Source: Lytechinus pictus
Taxonomy: Eukaryota
Length of the DNA: 60,000 nucleotides
Direction of reading: 5' to 3'
NCBI RefSeq assembly: GCF_037042905.1
Contig: NC_087252.1
Location: 11,658,001-11,718,000 of the forward strand
Below are positions 19,801-34,800 of this stretch, piece by piece; position 1 is the stretch's first letter; each line of letters starts with the position of its first letter. The notes beneath the pieces are model-generated. The model was given only the letters and a program-made list of their open reading frames with translations, did not search any database and was not told the DNA's origin. Position numbers and translations under genes: made by a program.

Positions 19801-22800
19801 ATATGATACTATAAAGTTATCATTCTTAACTTTTAAGAGATGACAAGACAAAATTTAAGCATCTTTTACAAAACCACAATTTTATACACATTGTTTTGGC
19901 CAAAAAGGGTAAGAACACATTATGTGTTCGCCAAGGAACTTTCCAATCTCTGCAAACAGCTATTCTCCAGTGTCTAAATAAAGCCTCCAAAGATGAGTCA
20001 AATAGTGCATATAACTGTGTTCCATAAAAACAGCAACAACATTTTTGAAACGGAATATTATGTAAATAACACTTGGCATGTTTGAAATTAATACCATATT
20101 GCACTGACGATTAAAATCACCTATAGGTTTGGAAACATCATCACTAAAAATATCATGACTGATGACATGACCAAGATGACAAATTCTATCCACAACCTGA
20201 ACTGAATTACCACTGACTTTAATCTTTGGGTCCACTACTTTTTTTCTATCACATCTTAATATGATAAGCTTGCTCTTACTATTGGATTTTATATCATATT
20301 CGGAAGCATAATCCTGACAAATAAAGATAATTCTGTTGAGGGCAACAACACTAGGTGACAGTAGGATTAAATCATCAGCATAAGAGAAAGCACCTGCAAA
20401 TACTTGTCCCAGAAACCAACCCTCACCGATTCCAGCCTGTTTTACGCCGTTAGACTCTGTAAAATAAACAGAGTATACACCGATCCATCTTAGACAGATC
20501 TTTCGATCCAGATACATATTCAATAGAAGTTTTACAAAACATGGGACACTCCTTTACATAACATGATTTTAAACAATTTAAAAAAATTAACTCTATTGAA
20601 GGCTTTGCTTGCGTCTAATACAAGATCATATACATTACCCTTCTCATGAACAAAGTATGACACTGTCTCTTTTACCATACTGGTACACATAGTTGTCAAC
20701 AGCCCTTCTTTAAAGCCAAACTGCAACTCACTAGTGCACAGATTATTAATTTCTCTTTTTATAGTCACCAACTCCAACACTTTCCTAATTATACTACTTC
20801 ACGTAATTTCTCGAAAGTTGCACGAATCACCCAAATTAGCCCAATGTCCTTAGGAATTGGAATCATTGTGCTTTGAAGCATGCTGTCAGGTGTCATTTCA
20901 TGCCAGATCATACCTTTGAATTACATAGCAACATATTTACTGATAACCTTTTTACCAGGAATTAAAGGAAACCAAAACCCAAGAAGAGAAGCAATCTTTT
21001 TGGAAAGAGTAAAATGAGAGGACAATTTAAAACAAAGTTTCATCAAATCGGTCATGAAATAAGCAAGTTACGGGAGTTTAAAAATTCTCGTTGTACTTTC
21101 TATGGGGATCCTCAAATTGGCAAACGTGCTTCAAAATGGCTGATTTTGTGGACAACTCTCCATTTGTTTTGTACACAAATTTTCAGATTTTCCTCATCTT
21201 TCAAATTGCATACAATCCCTCTGAGTACAACATATGTCATAGGAAAGTATAATTCACACCATATATGTCAAGGTCAGGAGGAGATAATGTGAAATATTTA
21301 AAATAAAGGGGAAAATCTGAAAATTTGTGTACAAAAGGCATCCACCGCCTACAATGATCTGGAACAATTTAAACCCTGGGTTTGGAGCCCTGGACAGAAT
21401 TCATCATTTCTTATTTTTCTCTCAAAAAAGGTCTGATAACCCTTTTTATGATGCACCAGAACCAAGAGCCTTCTACCACCCTACACTTTCCAAACATCTC
21501 ACAAAGAAAACAAAAGCAGTGAGTATATACCCCCAAACCTTCTGTAAATTACATGTATGTAATCATTATTATTATTTTTTTTTTCAGGTACACAAAAAAT
21601 GTTTTCCATGATTTAATTAGTATTTCTAACATGTACTCCAAAAGTGCATAGTGAATTTTCATATTCACAATCCTTTCTGATCAGATTAGAATAGTGATAC
21701 ACTTCAGTGGAAATAGGTAGAATCAAATGTTAAGTATTTGACATAGATTTTGTATCGTATGTTATTTATCTATGGTTATTTTTTTCCCCAACTTTCTTTG
21801 AAGGTACCTATTTTATTCACTGTTTGTTCTATTCACACGATAAACTGTACATGTACAAGTAAATCTTCAAATAAAAGTCTACCCAACATGAGTTAATTTT
21901 GACTGACTGAAGGTGTTTATTGAAGATTAAAGAAATTTTAACTTAAAAAAGGTAAATGTTTGGTCGTGTGGGGATAAAACTCCTCTGCATTCATCAGATT
22001 ATATTTAGGGGATGCACACTACTGTGGATACATCATCAGTTACGGTAGATTATGTGTGTTAGAATTGATCACATTGCAACCCTTTTTTTTTCATCATGCC
22101 AGATTGGGTTAAACCTACTCTAAGACTTGTTTCTCCCTTGTTCTGTAGTTCAGAATTTCCCAATAACATTGGCTTTATTTCAAGCAGAGTTACCTGTTCA
22201 CTTTGAGGTCTAATTTTTCTCATTACTGTAAATTAGATTTCTTTAAGTCCTGAGAGAGTGAAATCCCATCTCAAGTCAACTGATGATGTTCAGCATAGGA
22301 GAGTGAAGGAGCTGAGTCCTGGAGAGAAAGGGTTCCTGTCTGGATCAAACACCATGCTTGCAAAGGAACTCCCAACCCATGACACACCAAGTCCAGGGTA
22401 TGTCTAAACAGTGATAGAGCAGCTCTATTTGTGCTTTAATAAGGCTGTAATGTTATGTTGCCCTCATAAGCCCCAAATAGGAAAGTTGGGTTGGTCGGAT
22501 TTCTTTTTTTTTTGTTTTATTTAATACCTTAGATGCTTTGTGCACAAAGTAAATCACCCATGGTATGTTTTGCTATAATGTCAATTTCAAATTGCATATA
22601 AAAGTCACTGAATACAAATTTGAGCAAATATTTTGCCCAAGTCTGACATTTTCTTACACAAAACATTGTATTTGTATATTTCAATTCTTCAACCCCCACC
22701 AACCCCCCCCCAAAAAAAAAGTTCACTGTCTTTTGCATTTTACAGTTGATTGGATAAGTGCAACATAATATTTAAAGGTGAAGTACATGTCCAATCAACC

Positions 22801-25800
22801 TTCATTATAGTGTGGAGCGCTGTGGTCTTGTGGTTCTGACTCTTGACTTTGAAACAGAGGGTCATGACCTGAAATGGCGTTATTTCCTTCGCCATTCACA
22901 TTGTGCTTCACTCAAACCAGGAGAGATGAGTGTGTACTTGGCAGCATTGATACCTTGAGCATGCAAAGCTCCTTCAAGCAGGTGACCTAAATGGGGGACC
23001 AATACTGCGCCAATGAATTAGCAACTATATAATTGGCAAGATTATCATAGAAGGTTTATTTTCCCCTGTAAGTCAAATTTCTGTTTTTAAGAATTGCAAA
23101 ATAAGGAAAGGAGGGAATAAGGATAAATCAGCAGAGTTACAATAGAGATCCTAGGGAAACTATGCTCTGGTAGAGAAACATGGTGATTACTGTAAACTAT
23201 TAAAGCCTGGCGTACCATTGTTGATTCATTCTTGGATGCATCCGATTTGTAGTGTAGGAGTGTAGTAAAGATTTGTAATCTTAACGTATCACTCTTTTCT
23301 TATAGGCCTGCCGATACGTCTTCTAAATTTGATGAATCTTGGCCGGCCAGTGAACGCCCATCTACGACTGAAAGCCCTGGTGATGCCCAGAATGTATCCT
23401 CTTCTTCAGCAGCTACTAGCCACGCCCCTGTCTCTGGCGTTTCACCGTCCCCACATGGTAATACAGTGCTCCTCGGTCTCCTGTGGAGCATTTCATGAAA
23501 GGACTAGTCGGATGTTCTATCTGACAGTAACACTTCTTCCCGGCCAATCAAATTAATAGATTTTTTCTCTTTTTTGTTTGTTTTTAGCTTTACTTATAAT
23601 ACTAAAATGTTGATGAAAGGCTCCCCTGATATTAATGGAGATCGCCTTCCGAAATTGTAATAATGATATATAAACTTAAAGCAGATACGAACCAATAGCA
23701 CCATCTCGAGTCTTCAACTACTCATACCTGGCCAGTTTCCTGACCCATAATGGTAGTGTAGTCTATTAATATAGACCCACTTGAATAATAACATGCTAAT
23801 TAACTACTCAATACATTTATACCGCAATAATTATGTTACCAAGTAACACAAAAATTACTTTTCCTTTCAAAATATTTTAGTTTTTATATACAAATACAAT
23901 TATATGTAAATTTTTTCTCTGTAGTAATATATATCTGAAAACATATATTTTAAGACTATGTATTTATAACACACAATCAATGAGAGACCACACACAGTTC
24001 ACTCCCCCTTTAAAGACCATGAAAACTTTATACGCCATACATTTTGCATACTTATCATTTTGCAATTTTGCTTTATTGGAATTTGCAATGGTATATTTTC
24101 ATGAATTTATTTTATTCGCATTCGCTTTGTCCAGAAATATCAGATGGTGAAAATCAGCATGACTTTCCATGAATAAGGAGAAGTTTGAGAACATCTTGCA
24201 TTTTGCCCTCAGTTGTGGAATCTAAAGCAACAAAATACTTTCCCCAAGAAAGATGCCCCCGTCTATTTTGATAACGTTAAGTCCATGATTGCTCATGACC
24301 TCCACATTGTTGGTAGGTTAGAAATCACCTTGATAAAAACTGATTTGGAATATTTTACTTTATTTATAAAAGTTACCAAAATGTGTACTTTGTTCTGTGA
24401 ATACTTTATACATGTATATACAGTGAAAAGTGTCTATAGTGACCACCCAAGGGAAACACAAAATATGACATTTATAGACAGGTGGCTGCTATAGACAGGT
24501 TCTTATACACACAATCTTCCTCTATGGGAAGTATTTTTTCTTATAGTTTTATTGGTCACTTTAGGCAGGTGGCTGCTATAGACAGGTTCTTATACACACA
24601 ATCTTCCTCCATGGGAATCTGTTTTAGTAGTCACTATAGGGGCTATTCCATGGTTACTCACATTACATTTGGAGACACCTTGACTCATACTTGGAGCTGT
24701 AACTCCATTATTATTGATAGGAACTAAACATCTCTTTATCCCAACATAGTACGCAGTCTGACTATCCTTTGTATAAAAACAAAACTTGGGAAATTACATT
24801 ATGCTCCTGGCAAATCTTTGAAATGTGTCGGTTACTCATGTTACATGATTTGGACATGCATAAAATGAAAAGTGGACATAAGTGAAAAGTGTCCTCATGC
24901 AAGGCTTTTATGAAAGTTGATTATATCCATTTCAATGAAGTATATTAGGGAGACAAATTTGTATATAATTAAAAAAATAAAGAACACATGGTTTTTACAA
25001 GGGGTGCAGATAAAGTGGTTACTCACGTTACGGTTCAGATGGGCTATATGTACAAAGACACATTGAGCTCATGTCCACCAACCTATGGAATTGCCCATAG
25101 GCAGATGGCCACTAACACAGGTTTGACTATATATTTTCTCTTTTTTTTTCTAGATGTAATTGGTACACAGGAACATACCTCAACTCGTGAATCAGACAGT
25201 ACATTGGCCAGGTAAATACTTTACTCACATTCTGTAGGAAATAAAGATTTCATCAGGTTTGTCGAAAATATAATACAGTATGTTTGTTATGTTTATTGCT
25301 GAAGCAGCTGAGAAATCACAATATGAAGTACCTACAAACATATTGCCTTTCTTGACAAAGTTCTTAATCTTGAAAAATCTAACTTTGTGTGAACCTTGTC
25401 TTTAATGATCTCTCAGATGAGTCTTAGTTTTTTGCCTATTCCCTTTGATACAGTTTCATACACATTTCAAATTCATGACCAGGATCCCGTGTAAAACAAA
25501 TAGCAATTGATCGTTCTGATGATGTTAATGATTGATTGTACAAGACTGAGGCCAATACAATCAGTAGTAAATAAAATTGTTCTATGATTATTGCTCAGCT
25601 TTGTGTTAAACAAAGGCAGATCATTGTTTGTTTGTATTGGGAATTTGATAGCTTTCTGATAAATCACTTGTCTTACCTAAGACTATACAAGATTTATGAC
25701 CAGCTGACATTATGTAATGTTACTGGAAATTGCCTTTTACGCTAAATTAATTATCTTACTTTTTTCCTGGCCAGACATTGGCCTGTAGCTATTAAAACAG

Positions 25801-28800
25801 GCTTTGCAAAAGAATTTATTGATGGTACACTGAGTTGCTTTTCCCCCAAGATGTCTCTGTTACAGACATTTAAAATGCAATTTACACAGTCTGGTATAAG
25901 CAAATAATTATCCACTGCCCAAGAAAGCTGATGCTCCTCATCATGTATTTAATATTCATTTTCAAAGGTTCATAGACCGGTTCCGTTACGGCGCTCCCCA
26001 GAGTAGAGAAGAGAGGGCGCGGCTTTCGGCTACCGGTAGCAAAGACTTTTGGTGGCTGTTGTCTTCTTCGTCATCTCCACCGCTTCCATCCCACCAACCA
26101 TCATCCTCGATGTCTAGTCAAGCTCCCACCAAGACCACACCCATCCGAGGAACCAGATTATCTCAGGGTGTAAAGGGGATAGAAAGATCTCAAAGGGGTG
26201 CAGGTGGTGGCGGAAGGGGTGCATCGAGGATACCCTCCTGGTCTGGAGTCTCAAAGAGTGGAGTGTCATCTCTAAGTAGTGGTAGACGAGTGAGCGGTGT
26301 TTCAACACTCAGCTCTTCATCAAGCAGTGTAAGTCCTTTGAAGATATAAAGCCTTTCAAAGTATGAATATCTGGATGATCCATCTTGTGTTATTTTAATC
26401 TGTTTATACTTCTAAATAGGAAAGTCTAATCTTCATGTTTTTCTTGATTGTCGGAAAGTTGATGGAGTGTTGTAGTTTCTGTCACGTTGTAAAAGGAAAA
26501 TTTATCATGGTGATAAATGCTGCTTGTTTTTATGTAAAGATTGTTAATTAAGCACATTTGTATAATTTGAAAGCATATATTTTCCCTTTTTTTCTGAAAA
26601 ATGGAAAGTACTTTGAAGAAATATGTGAAATAGCAGGTGAAAATCTTAAAAGGAGATAAAATAAGCACAGATTATGCCAGGGGGTGTGGGGGGGGGGGGG
26701 GGTAGACTCCCAGTATTTATAGTGTTAAGGGGGTGGTTTTGCACAGCCAATTTTTGGTGTAATGAAAGTATTTCAGGCATTGCTTTGTTAAAATATTATT
26801 TTCTGTTTTTATAATTGGACAGTCCATGAAGATGCCTTCTCCTGTGACTGATAAGGAGACTGATGAGATTCAGAGAAGAGCTGAAAAACTTCTTGAATTA
26901 AGGTGAGATGATATTTGTATCAGTCAAACATTTGTTGAATGATACTTTTTTTTATAGTTTTATTTGCAATTCACATTTTAACAAAAATATCTCAGAAACA
27001 GATACATGATTCTTTTACATTCATATAGATAGACAACGTGCTAGGTTAAGGTTATATACAACAGATATAATTCCAACAAAAAAAATAGATCTATACCCTT
27101 TACTCTTTCATAATAATTATTTTCCACTTTTTTATGTGAAACTCCGAACGATTATTTTTAAAAGAAATGTAGCGTTCTGTTTTTTGTTGAATGATACTTG
27201 AGATCTAGAGAACTTGATACAATTTTGTTATCGAAAGTTCTGTGAACCCTTAAAAAATTAAAAATTAGCTGAAGCCTGTTTGTAAAGACCGCAAAAGGGA
27301 GACAAGTGAAACCTTTATAAGCAGGTGCTCTTTATGGACAAGTTCATTTTACACATGGTTTAATGAAGAAAACTATTCAAGGGAACCAGATTGTGATCTT
27401 TATAGACAAGTGGTCCCTTTGGACGTTTGGTTACCAATGCAGGTTTGACTGTACTTTATTCATGCTGTTAAAGGATTATTGATATTTGATCAAAGTTCCA
27501 TCAAAACGTCAATATTCACATATCGTAGAAAGCACATGTACATATCAAATTTTATTTCCTTAATAAACAGTGTTAGTTTTTCATCACCTTACCAGCCCCT
27601 CCCTCTAGTCTCTCCACACTCATTATTTTACTCTATTCTACATTGAATTTTCCCCACAATTGAATTAAAATACTCAGTTCAAAACTTTTGGACCCCCTTC
27701 AATCGCATAAAATTTCCCAATTTACCCTATTCTTGTGTTTGTGATATTTGTTTCATTCTTGTATATATGCCCCATCAGCTGTTTGACACTTATGGTAGAT
27801 TGATGAGTGATTATTGTTAGAAAAAACATTAAATCTCCATCTCTTTTGTCATTTGTATTCTTCAGATATCATAGTTTATAAAAACGATTTAATTCAATTA
27901 ATTTTGTTTGTTTGGACCTTATGAGAAAAGCACATGATATGTAATAGTAATTATATTAGTAATTGTTATCAATATTTCAAATCGATCAATTCACTTCAGT
28001 GAATATTGTTTTAACAGTCCTTTCTATTTCAATTTCTCCCGTTATTAATACACAGTGATAGGACTATCCTCAGTGAGCCAGCCGTGAGTTCTGATGGAAT
28101 AGGGTCATTCTCTACTAGTTCACCAATCACAGATGATACGACGCCCTCTAGAGACAGTGATATGTACACCTCAGGATATCGTGGTGAGATGATATCCATT
28201 TCATGCAAGATCCACTTCCTGTCCTTACTCAAGCAGAGCTACTAATTTTTAGGATTTTTAAGGGGAATGTGACACTGAATAGGATTTCCCCCTAGAAATA
28301 GGATGTTTGATACCTGAAGAGTGATAAACTCTGGAAGGTTTTACCAAAAAAAAAATTAGGTGTATCAGGGACTCAGTTTTATAATTATAAGGGGAGCAAT
28401 AAATAGCTCTCCTAAAACTTTTAATTGCAGCACTACTAAAAACTCTTCTTTGACATACAAGGGGGGGGGGGGGCTCCCTTGTCCAATTTCAAAATGGATG
28501 GAGGAACGTACACTAAGTTACATCCTACAACCAAAGGAGACAAACAATCAGATATGGATCTATGCAATAGTTATCTCTTTGAACTTTTTAATGTTATTCT
28601 TGCAAATGTGTTATTGCTTACAATATAATTGTGTGTTGTTTACAAAACCTTGACAGAGAATGAGGTTTTCAAGGCTGACTCTAACTGTTTGACCATTGAC
28701 TGTCACCCTTGTTAAGTAATTGCTGAGATGAGTGATAAATTGCTCTACCAAAAATGGATTAAGGAGAGTGATAGCGAATGATCACTCCCACTTCTCTTTA

Positions 28801-31800
28801 AACTGAATCCCTGGTGTATAGACTTAAAATAGGATTAAGATAAATAATGAATAGGAATTTTTACAATTAAGGTTGGCAGCTCTTCTGCTCAAGTCCATAG
28901 CTTTCTCCGTTGCATGAAATGTGGTAGACCTGCATTAAAATGTCAAACTTCCTTTGAATAATCACTAAATTGAAGCATTATTTCATGCCAGAGCATGCAA
29001 AACTTGATTTGACATTCATTGCCATAGTCACCTGCACTTTATTCAACAGAATTCAGAATGTATCATGTGGAGTCACAGAATTTCCACTAAATCACAATTA
29101 TGTCCATAGGCCCAAACAATTAAAAAAATGCAGGCAAAATATTAATAGCCAAAGAACAAAAACTGTGTTTAAGTAGATTATTTAAAATAACCTGTTTGCT
29201 CTGTTTTGCTTGTGTTTGTGAAGTAACAGGTGTGGCTGCACATAATAGGCAGTACTGTATATTAATGATCATGGTATTTTGTCCTGTAATACAAGTACAC
29301 TGGCCTTCAAAGCTTTGTCCTTGCTACCATGGTTTTATTACTTTGTCATTATTTGTAGATATGTCACAGAAGAAATCTTATTCCTGGAAAGCTGTAGATT
29401 CTCCAGCATGGCATTTCCACAAGACAGACTACCCTTTTTTTTCATATCCTATCCCAATCAATTCAATGTCTTTCTAATTTGCTTTTTGCTGTGGATTTTG
29501 ACATCACTCTTTACTATTTAAAACATGTGATTCTTTTGTATTTAGTTTGAAATTTGTAAGTTGTTTAATCACATTGTCCCTTCCTTATAGACAAAGAGAA
29601 CATACCAAGGCCCCCGCTCTTCCCAGCCAATCTCAATTCCACACAGCGCCCTCAACGCCCCGAGGAAGACATTCTACAACAGTGGCGTATGAGACGCAGG
29701 ATGGAGCAGGCTAAAGAGGGAGCCCTTAATAGAGTACTGGGTCAAATGTCAGGACGCCCTCTCAGGCCGACTCAGGTGGATAATGTCAGTGGAGGGAAAG
29801 ATAGAGATGTAAGGATTGTGTTTGTCAAACGTATTTTGTTGGTGTGAGAAATGCCAAATTGTGTTTTGAGGTTCATGTCAATCAGGTTTATTTCTCAAAT
29901 TGGCAATACTGATTTTACATCCATTACAGATGAAAGAATATGAAGTTAATGAAAATCAATCTGAGGATTTGATGAAAAAATTTCCAATTCCCATAATGGA
30001 GATAGTGATTACTTATCTAACAGAGTTGCCAATTTAGAGATTTTGAAGGAAACTGGTCATTCTCAGTTATAATGCTAGTATTACACATGAGTCTTCATCG
30101 GAACAGGAACAAGAATTTTCCAGTTTTCATGTGTTTGCCCCTTTTCGGCTCATATTCATTTGTGAATGCTTGGATTCCGGATTAAAAAAAAAATTCCATT
30201 AAGCCACTTCACAGAAAGAAAAGACAATGTACCTTTATGGATTTTATACAAGATTTACAATGCTCCTATTGGAACAAATTGTATTTTCTCATTGAAATAA
30301 TTGGATTAATGTCCCTATGTCCTTTTTTGTATACAGACAAACATGGAAGAGATGAGGATTGAAATCTCTCTAGACACATTCTAAAAAATGATCTTTGCAA
30401 ATACACAAGATATATATTTTTTTTCATGCAAATGTACACATAAAAATCCCTACATGACCAATCAAAGAGTCTACCATCTTTGTTTTAAATGATCGCAAGC
30501 GCGCTTTGGCATATTTTTTTCACCATTCTAATAGTAGATCTATACTTTGCAATCCATTTCCTTGTAATAGAAAAGTGTGATTGAAAGGAATGAACAATTT
30601 TTGAAGGGAAAAGAGACGGTACTGCTATTAATTTGATGTACACCTGTATTTAGATTTTAATTCAAGTTTTCATGATTATTTGTATTCTTGATGATAAATA
30701 TTACACGTATAGATGTTCATGTACTTTCATTTTAAAGACAGGTATTGGTAGAACATGTATCTGAATTATGTGAAGAATACATGTAAATCAAATTATTTCT
30801 TTCTTTTTGCAACTGCTTCTTGTTACTTTGCTTTCGGTGCTTTTGAGAAAATCCAATCATTATTACATCTTTTCTGTTTTCAATATAGTCTATGGTAAAT
30901 TGTTTAAATTTATAGTAATAAATTTTTTTTCTGAACAGCATTGGTTTCTGCAGAGTCAGTTGCATACTTAGTTTTTTTTTATAATTGATTGTGTTGCTTT
31001 CACCACTCATGTTAAATCATTTTACTTTCCAATTACTACATGTTTTATATGTATAAAATGATGTATTATCACACTCTCAAAAGTTTATCCAACATAAATG
31101 GATGGACTATTAAAAAAATGAAATTACATTCTAGATTTATGAATCGGTGACAGTTTTCTGATTTTATGAACTTTTTATTTTTTCAGGAAGGAGGTTCCAG
31201 GCTTGAAGACTTCCGAAGGCGTTTGCAACAGCAGAAACTTCTAACAGAAGCAAGAGTGGCAAGCAACGTCCAACAGGGGCCTGCTAAAGCTGCCACCACA
31301 ACTCACACTGGGACGGATCCTATCCCGCAATCCATTGCAACACAGACAAGAAGAGCAGGGTCATCTTGCACCCAGACTGGTAGTGGTTCCCATTTCTATG
31401 ATCAAGCAAGTCGTCTGGAACAAGAAAGAACATCGAGAAGTGATACCGTGCGGGAAGGAGAGGAGGAATGTCCTCAGCCATATCCAGTAGCTAGTCCAAA
31501 TGTCCAGGCTGCTGAATCTCGAGGGGGTTATGACCCGATGTCAGTTCCCAATGTCGTCCCTCATTTGCATATGTCATGTGATATACTGCCCTGTGGTGAA
31601 AGGGGTCCCCATGTGCATACAGATAGGGACGTCAAAGAGAGAGTGGATAATGTGGGACGTGGAAAATTAGACCTAGACCATACTGAGTCTCAGCATAAAT
31701 ATCCTTATGGACATGATCGTTACAGAAGAGTTAGAAGAGATAATGCATCAACAGATTTGCAACACAAACAAGCAACATTCCCCAATGAGAAAGACCAAAG

Positions 31801-34800
31801 AATATTACATTTACCTCAGAATACCCATCATCAAGAGAAGCAACCCAAAAATTGGTCTGAAACATGGACAGATGAAGCTGAGTGTAGCCTGCATAGTTCA
31901 GGGGGACATGATGGAACATCCCATTATGATGGACCAAGCAAGGGTCCTAGAACCTCGCCTTCAGATTATGTCCAAGCAATGGCATCAGGAGAGTCTTCAC
32001 ATGACCAAAGTCGGTTACTGGATGCTGGGCAGCAATCTGCTGTTGATGATACCAGAACAGTTGATCATCATGAAGCATTTCCAAGTAGGACAAGAACTCC
32101 AACCGACTCCTGCAGAACAGTGAAGTCTGCTCAAGATGAGGCTCAAATAATGGACACAAGGCAACCTTCTGCTTCTGAAGTTACAAGAACGTCTGATCAA
32201 ACATCAGCTACTAGGACAAGAACTCTGCAGGGCTTGCAGGAGGACATAATACATGATACCTCCTTAGGAGAAATACAGGAGAGACATATTACCAAACAGC
32301 AGCAAAGACCAGATGATGAAGATGATGAAGATGGAGCAAAACGTCGGCTACAGTTTGGCTCCTCCTCGCCTATAAACAGTGCCATTGGACAAGTAAGTAT
32401 ATAGTGGTATGACACAGGTCTGTTTGATAAATGAGTACTTAACTCGTTGCCCACTTGAACTGGATGATCCCTGTACAAAGCCTATGGGAACCACAGAATT
32501 CAGTATTCAACGGATTAACTGAAATGAATGAATAGAAATGATGATTTAATTATCCTCCTTCAGGAATCTTACCTTTCACTGGTCCACTACAAATACAAAC
32601 ATTTATAAAAGAAGTTTACAAATGACAAGAGGAAAATATAAATCAAATTTACATGTCAGTAGAAGAAATCAATTTAATGTTCACACAGAATTGACGTTTT
32701 GTGAATGAATAAACAAATAAGTGAACTATTAACCAGTCAGGCATTGATTTGACAGTTCAGTCATGATTCATTCACAAAAGAAATATAACTTACAAACTTT
32801 TACCAATTAATTCAAACTTTGGGGCATTCTTTATTGATTCAATAACAAATTGTTTGATTTGACTTTATTTTTTTATTCATATTCTTTGTTACACAAATGA
32901 CAGTCAATGAACAAAACTGATTTGTTAATGCATCCTGCGAATTATAATTCATCACATACAGTAATTTACACAAAGTTTACAAATACACATACTGTATGTA
33001 CACAAACATGTATTTACAATATTTACATACATTGATACATATACATTATTTAAAAATATGAGTAGTGGGAGGATATAAAAAGCATGACTTGTGAGATGTA
33101 GATAGGTCCCCTAATTGATACAAAAGGCATTGTTCTTTTTGTTGTCATTGTTTTGCAGAAAAAAGAAATATGCAAAACTTTATCCCGTATGGTGACATAC
33201 CAAGGTACATACATATTTGAGGTGCCATTTTATTTCTGAAAAAATAATCAAAAGAAACACCTTTTAATGTGTTACATCATAATGAAATTAATGTAAAACT
33301 GCACATTTTTTCTGATAAATTTCTTTTCACTACTCTAATGCCATGCTCACTGTGTATGTCGCAAAGCGATCAAGGTATTTTTTTCATGTATTTTTTTACA
33401 TTTGTATTTTACTTTTTTATTTTTAATTTCAATTCAATTCAATTTCCATTTATTTCATTCAAAATTTAAAACAATTACAATGAAATAGAATGTGAAGAAC
33501 ATTGAAGTCCACCAATGATACAAACAATTAAAACCAAGTAATATACAAAAACAAATGAAAAGAGAGCATATTTCAAATGAATAACAAGATCATCAAGATG
33601 TTACATATATTTGCAATTAACCTTACAAACCCTAAACAGACATAACAAAAGACACATAAAGATAAAAATGAGCTGGATAATTTACATGTTATTTTGTAAC
33701 AGTTTCTTATAATTCTTTTTTAAAAACATTTGAAGCCAGTAGGCAGTGTGGATTATGTTTTCCTTTAGTGATGGTTAAATATTTATTCTGAAAATTGTGA
33801 AAAGATTTGAAAACAGATTGTGGTAGGGATGTGTGCTTTAGTTCTAGTTTCTGATGTTATATATATTTTTTACTTCCTTATTGTTGTGATGTGTATATTG
33901 TACATGAAAACAAATGACTTGCTTTGTTTTTTATACTGTGTTGTTGGGGCATCTCAAATCAATACTCGATGTATTTCATACTAAATGGATTGAAGGAGTA
34001 CAAATAACATTTTAGTGGATACAGACTGAAAAGGTGATTTTCCATTTGTATTGTTCGGTGGGGAAATAAGGCATTCATTCACATTTTATTGTCTGTTTTT
34101 ATTGTAGGAAAATTAATCAGCCTGTATTTCTGTAATGATTGAATACATCACTGTAAACATAATTGTAAAGAATGTTTTTCGTGTGTCAATACAATGTATA
34201 TAACAAAACGAAAAGAAAAGAAGAAAAAACCTGAGTCACTCATAGTGGTATTCGTCCAAGCAATTCCTCCTGATAGTGTTGTGATGAAATGAATATCTTG
34301 GATTTACAGAAAAATAAAGGAAAGATGAGAGTGACGTACAAGTAGATAATTTGATGCAGTTTAACCAAAATGTCTACATTATAGGGAGCATATTTATGCA
34401 ATGAATTTAAAAAATACCTTATTTATCTTATTTATCAATTGAATACAAGCTTGTTACATCAAAAAGTCTTGTACCTGACTGACATCTTCATTTGATTTGT
34501 AGGAACAATGATAAGGATGTATCTGATATGCATATTCACCATCATAAATCCCAAATAAATTCCATTGTTAACTCTTGTTTTTGACATCATTATTGAAGAA
34601 ACATGGTTGCCCCCTTACAGACATACACAAGTACCTTATTTATCAATTGAATACGAGGTTGTTACATCAAAAAGTGTTGTACCTCACTGATATCTTCATT
34701 TGATTTGCAGGAACAATGATAAGGATGTATATGATATGCATCTTCACCATCATAAATCCCAAATAAATTCCAATGTTAAATGCTATAAATACATATGTAC

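Noticed and set aside
29359..29477. Extra PROSER3 exon after tttgtag
   Set aside because: No phase-compatible donor found; the flanking exons join in frame without it.
33430..34230. Possible antisense LINE 3' remnant with (TTCAA)n tail
   Set aside because: Too degenerate to recover diagnostic protein motifs by eye.
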